The notes beneath the pieces were generated by a model, which worked only from the letters and a program-made list of their open reading frames with translations, made no database searches and was not told the DNA's origin. A stretch of DNA of 64,000 bases from Asterias rubens (Eukaryota). The stretch spans positions 2,976,001 through 3,040,000 of the forward strand of contig NC_047071.1 of the NCBI RefSeq assembly GCF_902459465.1. Direction: 5' to 3'. This document shows, piece after piece, positions 1-12,200 of this stretch. Every line of letters begins with the position of its first letter. Position 1 is the first letter of the stretch. Made by a program: the position numbers and the translations under genes.

Positions 1-73
1 GCCTTGCTTGGGGCAAACTTGCAAAAAAACAGAAATGATAAACAAATAATGAATTCAATTTTTGAGAACTTAC

Positions 74-3000
74 TCTTGCTTTGCAGCTACTGAGAGTAGA
101 TTGCAGTGTTTGAGCAGACAGGCTAAGAGACATCGTGACGCACGGTCCAACAATTCCTCTTGTACTTCCTCGCTAGTATCCCAATCTGTGGGTACAATAA
201 TCATATTAATAATACTTGGTTTTGATACATGTATAGCACAAATATTCTTGTAGCTAGATTAAGGCCCTTTACAGCATTATTATCCCCAATTCACTCACCA
301 TATTTTAGACCATTTTTCAAAACTTTCTCAACTCCCTGTGGAGCATACAACCCCAAGCTGCTTATCTTAGCGCTAAGCGAGAAACTCTCTCAGGCTTCTC
401 AGGTGCCCATTTATCAATCACCCAGATTAAGAGAGACCGCTAATGATCAACTTCAGTTTCCAGTCAACTTTTGAAGACTGGTTTTCTGCGGGTCTAGTCA
501 TGCAGGTAACTTCGCCTACGTGCAATGGGCACAAATCTGTTTGGGAAAACTGCATATGATAGTCCAATTGGAAAATGTTTGTTGTAAAACTGAAGAGTGA
601 CCAATGAAATTAGGCTTGTCGGGCCTTTTACGCTCTTTAGTTCTATACATAACTCTATAACCTACCCTTATTGCGTGCGTAGTCCTGCATGGTGTTCCAT
701 ATAGACAGCGCTGGCTCCCGCCCCTTGGCTGTAGCAAGGTCAAGTAAGATGGCCAGGTCGGGGGTCAAGTTGAACTCAGAGAGGTCGTAGTCATCATCGC
801 CAGAGATTGCCGCCTCGGACACTTTGCTGACTAGTTTCACTGATTGGGGGAGAGAGATAAAAATGTCAAAATACTACAAAAATGCCAGTCCACCAACAGA
901 CTTTCAATAGAGAAACCAAACACTGTAGCATTTGTGTGTGACATGCATCCATAGAAATCTAAGAGTTAAAATGTTCATGTTATAGAAACGTTTGCGGTAA
1001 CACCATGTAATGACTATCTCTAATGAGTTGGGGTGGTTCTGAAAAGAACCGTTGGTTTCAACTCGACGTTTCGATCAGTATGCTCTGATCATCTTCTGGA
1101 GAAAGCAGCATTACATGGTGTTACCGCAAACCATTCCGTATGCAAAGTTTCAAATCCTACTTAAGATGTACATGATTAACGCATAAAACTTGTCTTTGTA
1201 GATAAAGGAGCAAGGTAGTATATCTCTGCTGTTCGCAGCACGAGGTTGTACTCTATGGAGTTATAGATTCAAATGAGCTTTTTGGAACAGTATCCTCAAA
1301 ACAGAAGTAGACAAAAGAGCACAATGGATTTATGTATTGAGAAGAAAACAGGTGTTTTTGTTCACCAGGCAGACATAAAAAAGTCTGAATACAGATAAAA
1401 GTCTCAAAAATCCCATCCATGGTTAATTGCCTTTGACCATATATGGAATAAAGGGGATGGTGAGAAACAACAAACTTAACACTGCAGAGCACACTTTGCA
1501 TTTTAATATTGAGAATTTTTTTAATTTTAAATTAACAACAGTTAAAGTATACCTAGGTGACTTGTCTCCTTGATCTCCAAACCATTGCTGAGTAGCCTGG
1601 ACACCATCCAGCCACTGGTTTCCTTCTCCTCTTTGGACATCGGTATCCAGGCTAGCATGCCCGCCAGACAGCGTCCAATCACTAACGAGCAGCATCTCTC
1701 CAGGTCTACGAGCCACACCCATCCTTTGGCTGGCTGTGGGAGGGGCAGGGCACTCGGCTCGACGTTACTAGGGGCTCCTGATTGAGGATAGGGAGAAAGG
1801 AATAGAATAACCATAGTAAAGGGGTTGGAGTGCAAGACTTGCAATTACAAGAATGTGGGTTCAAATCTACCACTCTTTGTAAGGGCACAAAAAGAAAACA
1901 TTGGTTGAGTATGGAAATATTTTTGATAATAATAAAATAAACAATCATATCGACTCTTATCAAGCACAATTCCAGAGAATTATCATTGCGGTTTGAACAA
2001 TAATAACCCTTATCAAGCATAATTCAAAGAATTGTCATTGCGGTTTGAACAATAATAACCCTGGACACCAGGCCATTTATTTAATTCCTTACACCATCTC
2101 AGCTCCCAGGGAGTATTAAGCCTGTGCTGCCAAGAATGTAGTGCACCAAGCTAAATCAATCACAAGGACCATCTCTGCCCTCACAGGTACTTATTATGGG
2201 GATGAGATAGTTGAGTGTCTTGCTTAAAGCCATTGGACCCTTTCGGTAAACAGTATTGTCCAAGGCCCACACTTCGTGTATCACAACTTCTATATCAAAT
2301 AACAAACCTGTAAAAATTTGGGCTTAATCGGTCATCGGAGTCGGGAGAAAATAACGGGAAAACCCACCCTTGTATCCGCGCGTTTCGCCGTGTCATGACA
2401 TGTGTTTAAAATAAATCCGTAAATCTCGTTAACGAGAATTGATATTGTTTTACTGTTTTCTCAAAAAGTAAAGCATTTCATGGAATAATATTTCAAGAGA
2501 AGTATTTCACCACTACCTTCTGTAAACCCTGTAAGTTATTTGTAAATCTGTGAACTTTTTTTTTTGTTCTGTACCGAAAGGGTCCAATGGCTTTAAGGAC
2601 ACAAGTGTCATGACCAGAATTCAAACCAATACCCTGATGACTCAGCCATCAGAACTTCACCGCTTGTCCACGACACACCATGATAAGTAGTATAGTAGAT
2701 GACATCAGGGCCCAATTTCATAAAGTTGCTTAAGCAGAAATACTGCTTAAACAATTTCTGCTTAGAAAAAAATAATCAGGATACCAGCCACAGATAGTAG
2801 GCTTGCAACCTTGTTCAGGTAAATGATAATGTTGTTGTGCTTAGCTACTTTTGTGCTTGAGCAGCTCTATGAAATTGGGCCCTGGATTTTATTTGGATCT
2901 CTTACCTTGCAGTGGCCATTCCAGTTCATGTTCATCCAGGAGAGCAGCGGCGGGTAGAAGCCTGTTCAGCTGATCCAGCTCAGGAAGTAGAGCTAGGAGG

Positions 3001-3182
3001 CATAGCATGAGGGGACGAGACACGCTGACAGGTAGCATTAAGAGCGAGTGTAGTAGCTGGGATAGCATGGCACCTGCCGCTGATGTGAATAAGACGTCTG
3101 GTGGGGAGGGAAAACGACAAAAAGTCTCAAGGTTTGTTCATGTTCACAGTATCAACGTCAACCAAAGACAAAAGCAGTTACC

Positions 3183-3214
<32 letters not shown>

Positions 3215-6200
3215 AGTCGATTTTTTCTACCTCCTCCCAGGCAGGACAGTTCTTTTCAGAACTGAGAAGTCTCCCGAAAATCCAAAATAGACTCCACAGT
3301 AGTAGAATATAAAGCAACAGATTTCTCAAAAATTTTGCATTGAAACTTCTCTAGCTACTGTAAACAAAAATTGGTCTTGACCGGCAGATTGTCTCACCTC
3401 TAAGTTTATTGCGTACAGCCTGAGTAGCCAGACCCCCACTCTGTTGTAGCAGCTTGATGGACCTCTGTAGAACCTCCACAGCGTGGGGAAGAAGAAGGTT
3501 CAGATGCTTGTGTAGAAGTCCCACACTAACTGAAATCTGTCATAAATTGCACAAATATTAATCATCCAACACACATATTATAAGTTATCACACAAGCGCG
3601 AGTGGAATACGGAAAAATATAGCGCTTCTGATCCCATATCCAATCTTCAAGCAAAAGTGGCTTGTGTACTGTTAACTCAATCTTCACAGTCTCCTGTGTT
3701 ATTTTTCTTATGTACCACAGACTGCCACAAATTACCATACCTTTTAGGCTAACATTGGGTGCATGGATTTTTCTGGCATTGGATGCTAGTTTATACTAAC
3801 CTCATCTTCAGCGTTGACATAACAATAAGAAACAAGGTGCTTCTGAAGAGATGAGAGTAGCTCTCGTAGATGCGCCGGGGGAGCCCCGTCATCGCAGGCC
3901 ATGGACGTCTGGGTCTTATCGCTATTCTTCTCTAGCTCTCCAAAAGCTTGTTCCTGTAACAAAAAAATAACAAGTAGCAAACAAAGATCTTAAGATACTG
4001 TGGGTTTAGATACAGCCATTAACGAAAGCCAGGCCTTGAATGTTGAATAACCCTCCTGGACTCCTCCTCAGTCGAAAAACAGGCAGTTTGCATAAATCGC
4101 GTTATCACAGGAATTAAAGAGCTGCCAATCAGGGTAATTTTGTACAACAATCAGGGAGATATTTAAATTACATTCAAGTTATGAGGAACAAGTTTCCATA
4201 ATCAGGAATAACTTCAAGTTTGTTCATCAGAATATGGAAAGATTGGTTTATTTTCAGGGAACTTTCTGCAGAATCAGGGAGATTTGGCAGCTCTGAAGTT
4301 TGCCGAAGTATGCGAATGTAGAGAGAAATTACCTGTAAATTACCTTGTGTGGCTTTGCCTATAGAGTGTAAAATATCAGAAACGACTTCTACACAGAAAA
4401 AGATAGATAAATATGTAAGATGAACATTAAGACTAAAATTGAAAACATGTATAAAGACTTACAGTATGGTAGCCAAGGTTTCGCAACAGTGTCTTCATCA
4501 ACACTTCGGCAAGATGCATGTCCTGACTGGGTGCTAGGGTCAAGGTTGAAGGGTCAGAGGTCTCGGGTTCTGGTTCCCAGTCCAAGGGGGATGTGAACCC
4601 TAGAAGGGAGGCAACGTGGAGGTTCTCCTGGAGGCTAGTCAGGATGATGCCAAGCTGCATCCTCTGTAACGGGGGAAGGAGAGAGAGGTGCAGAATGACG
4701 TCAATTGGACTCTTTTTTTGAGTGCTCTGTTTGGTTTAGGTGTATACTGTAGGCATGATATTTGGTCCTTGAAAAAAGTAGGAACATTTTATTAAGTACA
4801 AAAGGGCTGACCTATATGTTCACATGGTGTAAGCTTGAATAGACATTTCAGGCTATTTAATGACAATTTTTTAAAGATTTTTTCCAAGAGCAGAACAATT
4901 GGAAATCAGACTAGAAAATCATGCCTGATATTTAGAATTACATTCAACAAAACAGGGAAAAAGTTTCCATATTCAGGGAGATTTCCAAATTTCTTCACCA
5001 GAACATGGAAAGATTTATTTATTTTCAGGGGAACTTTCTGCAGAGTCAAGGATAGCTACCAGATTTGCCTAGAGGCTGAAAGAGATTAAGATTTGTTTCT
5101 ACCTGTCCCTTTGACAGACTGTCCCAGCGATCTGGCCCCTGAGGTAGTAGAGATTGTAGTAGCTCCATGCGTTCCCTCAACGGTGGAAGCAACAGCGGGG
5201 CACCAATGGAAAGTGTTTCACTCACAGCCTATAGTTAGAATACAATGGTATAGGTTACCGTCTAACAACAATCTCTCTGAACATTCAGGGCTCCAATTTG
5301 GGGGAAATGCCATAAGATGCTTGTGGGTAAATAAATTTAATGGATCAGAAAATCTTTTACAAGACCAAAATTAAAACGAGAAAAACTATCTACACAGTTT
5401 ACCATATAATGGGCAATAAGGGAGGCTTTATCTCATTCGTCTTTCGTATTTAATATCTTTCGATATTCAACAGAATCGTAAGATATTTATCTGATTCATT
5501 GTCCTGGCACGAGTTTGCTGACCTGAAAAAAATTCACTGGCCTCGGGCCTGCAGTCCAGTGTAAACTTTCAGCCCCGCCAAGAGTGCATTTCTTGGTAAA
5601 ACCATTTTTTGAATCGGACAAGTTTATAAAAATGCCCTTCTTGCTTGATTCAATTCAACCCAAAACACTACAAGTGAAAAAAAAAGTCCAGTAATAGAAC
5701 ATTTTGTATAGGTCTTACCTTCTGGACGGAACTGGGGGTCTTTGAGTCCATGAGACGAAACAATAAGTGCCTAAGGGGCCTTGCTTGACTGCCCAGGATG
5801 CTACTGGCTAGTCCCCCTGCCAGAGCCAACTGTAGATGTGTACAGAGCAGCTTCAGGCACAGTAACACAAAATGCTGGTGCTCCCTAGAATAGTAAGAAT
5901 TCGAATGTTTAAAAAAGAGTTTTCGGTAGAAGAAAAAAAAAATTGACTTAGTGGGGATTTGAAACTGCGACTTCCAGATTAACGTGCCAGCGCTCTACCA
6001 ACTGAGCCATCTAGCCCTAATGTTGGTGGACTGCCTATTATGTCAATACCTCAGATCCGGGGTATAACTAAGAAGCCACACAACCTGTACTTGCCGTATG
6101 GCCAGTGATCACACTCAAGTTTACGATACCATGTATGCACTTGTATACCATCAAAAGAACTTCAAAATAAATATGCTACTGGATGGGTTAACAAGGGAAG

Positions 6201-9200
6201 ATTTGTGATGAGAGCAGTGGCACAGTCAGTATAGTTAACTTCAAAAATGAGAAAAATTGAGGACAAAGATGAGAAATTGACGGACATACCTTGATGTTGG
6301 GAAAGGCAGAGGTGGACTTGGATGATCAAACCTGTCACAGTAATGCTCCAAGAAGGACCTGAGATAAGAAAACGTTCCCTCTTGAAGATCTACGCAGAAT
6401 GGACGATGCCATGCAACCACTTGCCTGCAAGAGAAAGATTTAGTACTGTAAATGTCTGTGGTTCGTCAAGCTGTTCACAACTTTGCATAGACCACCTTAC
6501 TCGGGTCGGATTATAACCTACAACCTTCGCCATTCTAGAGCAGATGTCTTACCACTAGACTACTGGAGGATTTGGACAGCAGTGCCATTATTTAGAAAGA
6601 CACCGTATGGTTCCTTTTGTTGGATATCGGGGGACCAGGATTAGGCAAGCAGTTGAAGTTTCCTCACGCTGGACTGTCTCCCCAGTTTGCAGCTTGTATT
6701 CCTATGTCTTAATATAGGGCAAGGACAAATGGTAGATAAGGGTAAGGGGATTGAAGCAGTGCCTGACATTTTAGATTGGCACGGCTCTCAACGTATTTTC
6801 GTTTGCTTAGGAATGGGATGAAGCCCCAGTTTGCGGTTAGCTTCCCTCTGTCTTAACCTACCTGTCGGTTGGCAATGCAGTCCAAGCGATACTGTGTGAC
6901 GTTCCAGCTGATATTTGGTGCAAGGTGATACCTTCAAGACCGAGTACTTTCTTGGGTCTTAGCACTGGGCTTGTGGTATGGCCCTGCCCGCACTGCCCCA
7001 TGGCATTGTTGCCCCAAGCGTACACCTCGTTGTCTATTGGAAGAAAATATCAATACATGTCAAACAGAGGAGCACAGCTGGAGTGGCAATTACGCGCTTG
7101 CTGTGCAATCAGAGAATATTGATCGTAAGCGCAGAATTTGGCAATAACAGAACAATGAAACTTGGCCCTGGTGGTGTTTTACATCTCTATGTTTGTGACT
7201 CATTATCTGTTGGCCTCACCGTGACTGAGTGCAATGCAGTGACTGTCACCACATGCAATGTCCACCACTCGAGTATTCTGAAGATCTTCAACAAGTTTTG
7301 GTCGGACAGCAGTGGTCTCTGCCGACCCACACCCAAGGCAAGCACCATGACCCCAGGCAAACACCTGCAGAGATTTATAGAGAAAAACACCTAAATATTA
7401 GTATATTATTTGGTTTTACCCTTATGCAAATGTGTGTAAGCACTGTATACTCAATATACCTGACAATGAGCAGAGATGTGATAGGCCAGAAATTACTGGG
7501 GTGGGATTCGAACTTAAGAACTTTGCAATTCTTGAGCTAATGTCTTACCAACTAGAACACCAAAATTGCCAAAGAGCTTGATGTTCATTAGATGTTAAAT
7601 CTGCATCCGGAATAGAGAATATTTTTTTGTTTTAACCTTACACCAATGTGTGTATTAAACACTGTAGACTTTCCCCGAGTTTTGTGAAAATTTAACAACA
7701 TAACCCAAAGCAGTCAATATTATAATTTTCTAGTCCATAGTTACCAGTTATAAAATGCCATTTTTATAAAGTTCTGAATAGGTTTTTAGAGAAAGGAAAA
7801 ATGACCTACCTGCCCTGTTGATGTGAGAGCCAATGATGATTGGCTGCCACATGCTATTTTGCGTATGACTAGACCAATCAGAGCTTCAATAATCTTTGAT
7901 TTATACACCCGGTTTGTGTCACCATGCCCCAGTTTACCTGCCAAAAAAATCAGAAAAATAACAACGGGTTTTAATTTGTTCCGTTTTGATAACCCAGAGC
8001 GTTATAAATGAGCTTTGGGGAACAGAAGTAGATCACAAAGAACAACTAATTTAAGACGGAGAAAAACACAGCATTCTTTATTCACCAGGAAGACTTTCTC
8101 AAATTGTTCATCGCTTACCGTTATCACCACCTCCAAATGACCACACCGTCCTTCCGTCTTGAGAGATGGCTATAGTGTGTGAGCTGCCACAGACCACTTG
8201 CCCAACGCTACTGATGTCTTTGACTAGAGTGGGCACGTTGCGACTGTTACTGTCTCCATGACCTGCGACAGAAAAAAATAATATGCCAGGTGAAAACAGT
8301 TGACTTGGTATTTTGAAAAGAGTATTTTCACTTGGCATTGGTACCTAAGTGTCTAGGCACGATATATGTATGTGTTTCAACTTCTGACCGGACTGACCAT
8401 GTGATTTTCAGGATAAGCAAAGAACAGCTAAATACTAGTAACAAGCAAAATGCAACAAATGGAAATTTGGTTGGTAATCCTGTTTTTATCAAGGAAGAAA
8501 TTTCATGCTAAGCAATTTTTGTGCTAAGCAGCTCTATGAAATTGGGCCCTGGTGTTTCCGATCAGCAGAGTGTGGGTTGCTTTGTCCTTCTGATTGGACA
8601 TTAAACTTTAGGTCCCCTGTACGGATTGGTAGTGCATGTTAAAAAAACCTTATCATGGAAGAGTAGGGGTTTACCCCTGTGTTTCTGGTTCACATAGCAA
8701 GCACCTATATTTACAGGTTTCTTCAGGCTTGCGAGCTACAGTGATTAAGTTCACTTCTGAGGAACCCTTGGATTCATTACCAGAAATATATAATAACAGT
8801 AACAATTAAAAGCTTACCCAATCTCCCATAATCCCCTTCTCCCCACGTAAACAGCTGCCCGTCCTCCGTGACGCAGGCGCTGTGCCGGTACCCCGCCGAC
8901 ACGCACACTACAACCTTGCTGGTGAGGATGCCTGGAATCACCTTGGGGTACTTCTGCGTTGACGTGTTGCCGTGGCCGAGCTTTCCGTAGTCTCCGTCAC
9001 CCCAGCTGAAGATCTGACCCTCAGAGGTCAAGGCAAGAGTGTGTCCGTCTGAACCCTGGGCATAAAAACAAAATTATAGAGATGAAAACGTTTATCGTTC
9101 ACACATAAATATTGTTCAGTTATTGTAAAAAATAAGAAGGAAGCCTTAAAATTTTTATCCAGAGGCATATCTTAACAATTTGGGGTGGGGTTGCCGTCAG

Positions 9201-12200
9201 GGAATAGGAAAATAATTTATGCAGGCTTTAAAATACAAAGCAAAACCATTTGCAAAATAGCAAGTTAATGTACTGGAACATACATTTTATGCAATTGTAC
9301 AAGAAGTTTAAAGTTGAACACAAATATCTTTAGTTGTGACAACCAATCATACAGGATTTTTTTCTTTAATATAATCATGACTATTATTATTATTATTATT
9401 ATTTGTTTTCCTTGTTTTATTTCTTTATTTGTAAATTTTTAGAGGAGGCAGGGGATGTGTGTGCCCAACAATCTGGTCTTCCCATTTTTGCCAACATAGG
9501 CAACAAATCAGGGAGATTTTGTACAACAATCAACGTAAGTAGGGAACAAGTTTCAATAATCGGATAGATGGTCTAATTTGTTCATCAGACCATGAACAAA
9601 TTGGTCTATTTTCTGGAAACTTTCTGCAGAATCAGGGAGAATTTTTTTACCTTTGATGATGAAATCCTTGAGATGACGTGACTGTCAAAGTTGAGTTTCT
9701 TGAGCTGCGTCTGGTTGTTGGAATCGCCGAGGCCCAGCCTGCCATAACTCCCCTTCCCACAGGCTCTAACGGTACCATCCGCTGATATGACAAAGGTGCA
9801 GTATTGGCCGGCCTCAACCTGGAGAGTAGCAAGACGAATTGGGAATACTAATAATAATCAGCGTTTCAAATGTTTTCGAAATTGTGCATCACAGTATCCC
9901 ATTCATAAGTGGAGGCAATTAAATTGTAAGCCACGCCCAATTCACATAGATGCCTCCACTGATATTTGCTATTTTTTTTCTGATAAATGCAAAAAAGATG
10001 AACACAGTCGGCTCTTGATATAAAGAGCACTGTTAAGAAGAGGTTCTGCTTTAATATGAAGAGAACATTCTAAAGTCCCAAATCTCATTTCTACTTTGTG
10101 TTTCTTTGTTTTGCTGTCCTCTTATAACTCCTGTTACAAAGAGATAATTTGGCCAGTCCCAGCGACCTTGTTTTAACATTAGTCGACTGTAATTGGACTT
10201 TGCAAAACTTTCTGCTTAAAGCCATAGGACACTTTCTGAACAAAACAAAAATTAAAAGTTCACAGAATTACAAAAAACTTACAGGGTTTACAGAAGGTAA
10301 CGGTGAGAGACTTCCCTTGAAATATTATTCCATGGAATGCTTTACTTTTTGAGACAACATTAAAACAAGTATCAATTCTCGATATCGAGAATAACAGATT
10401 TATTTTAAACACATGTCGTGACACGGCGAAACGTGCGAAACAAGGATGGGTTTTACCGTTACTTTCTCCCAACTCCAATGACCGATTGAGCCTTAATTTT
10501 CACAGGTTTGTTATTTTATATATAAGTTGTGATACAAGAAGTGTGGGCCTTTGGACAATACTGTTTACCGATGTTGTGCGATTGCTCTAAGTAGCTCTTT
10601 GACATTGTGCCCTACACACCTGTTGACTTTGAGCAAACAATCCGGTCAACTTGGGCTGGATGATCTTCTCCTGGCTCCCCTCTGCTAGCTGGTGGCTGCT
10701 GTTACTTCCCCACACGTACACCTCGCTGTTTTCAGAGACGCTGATATTGTTGAGTCGCCTCTCGCTGGGGCAGACGCAGGTGCGGGCGTACTCCATGGCA
10801 AGGCGAGATACCTAAAAGGTTCATCAAAGAGGAAATAAATAACTTAGAATTGGAAATACATGTCCTGTATGCTTCGTTTTTGAAAGGGCAAGGGCACCAA
10901 GGCATTTTCTCCTTGGTAAAAGGCACCCTATGAGGAAATTGTAAGTTTCTACTGGAGCATTTCAAGGGCACCAAGGCAATGATGACCAAGGGCCATGGAG
11001 GCAATTGCCTTTGCTGCCTCTGTGAAGTATCAGGCCTGGAAATATCATTGTGAGGTCTGTTTGTAGGATATTTTTGTGTGTATTATCAACACATTTAGGT
11101 TTTTAATGCAAGAGTTGATTAGTTCAAGACATAACAGGCCTAAATAGTACAATATAAAGTCTTACTTCCTCAATAAGACACAGCGCAGCTTGGTACAAGG
11201 GGCAATGGCCATCGTGTTGTTTCAGCTCAGATAGCACTGTCCCTCTGTCAGATGATGAACCCTGTGAGTAAAATATCAAGATATGATCAGTTACTGTTAA
11301 TTGTCATGAGGACAGTAATAACCTTCTCGTGAAAATATTTGTAAATTTACAGTTTTAATTAAGTAAGAGAGGTTTTGCAAGTCTATGAATACATGTGTGT
11401 TCACAAGACACATAATTGCAGTGTCTGATTGGTCAGGTCAGCTAAGTCGGTCAGGTCACCCAGGTTGGTCAGTTTGTTCAGGTCGGCTATGTCGGTCAGG
11501 TCAGCTTGATCAGGTCATTCATTCAGGTCAGTCAGGTCGATCAGGTCAGTTAGATTTGTCAGGTCAGTGAGGTTAGGTTGATAACGGTCAGGACGGTCAG
11601 GTCAGTCAAGTGAAGTTGGTCAGATCGATCAGGTTGGTCATATATAGAAAAGTTTGCGGTAACACCATGTAATAACAATCTCTCAATGAGTTGGGGTGGT
11701 TCTGAAAAGAACCATTGGATTAACTCGACGTTTCGATCAGTATGCTCTGATCGTCTTCTGGAGAATGCTGGACTCTGATGCTGCATGCTGCTTAAGTACT
11801 GGGCGGTGGATCAGCGGTGATGCATGAAGGCGGGAAATAGAGGCGGGAAGTGAACTCGATGATGCGTGGTGAAACCTGTTGTGGAGCCTAGGGTGGTGTG
11901 TGGGGGGTGTGTGCTCACTGAACCGTGTCAGTAGGAACAAGCACAGGGGATAGTGAGGGTGTGGGGCCTAGGTGACTGAGGGTATAGATGACCCAAAGCA
12001 GTCTAATGGTTGGGGCCTAGGGGGTGACCGTGGATATAGAAGATCCATTGGTCGGGAGAAGGGGGAGCCAGATGTCGCTGATGTGGAAGCCGATGTCCTG
12101 GGGTACGGTGTCATGCTTGTGGATCTCTATGGCCTCTCTGATGCGTCTAGGGTGCCACGCCTGGATTGGAGCGATGATTTCTGCTGCTTCCCAGTTCACT

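Noticed and set aside
1955-2061. CRISPR-like repeat array
   Set aside because: There are only two adjacent copies with no unique spacers, in a eukaryotic intron. It is a simple tandem duplication.
3183-3209. Retrocopy poly-A tail
   Set aside because: No recognisable upstream element or TSD. It is a plain homopolymer.
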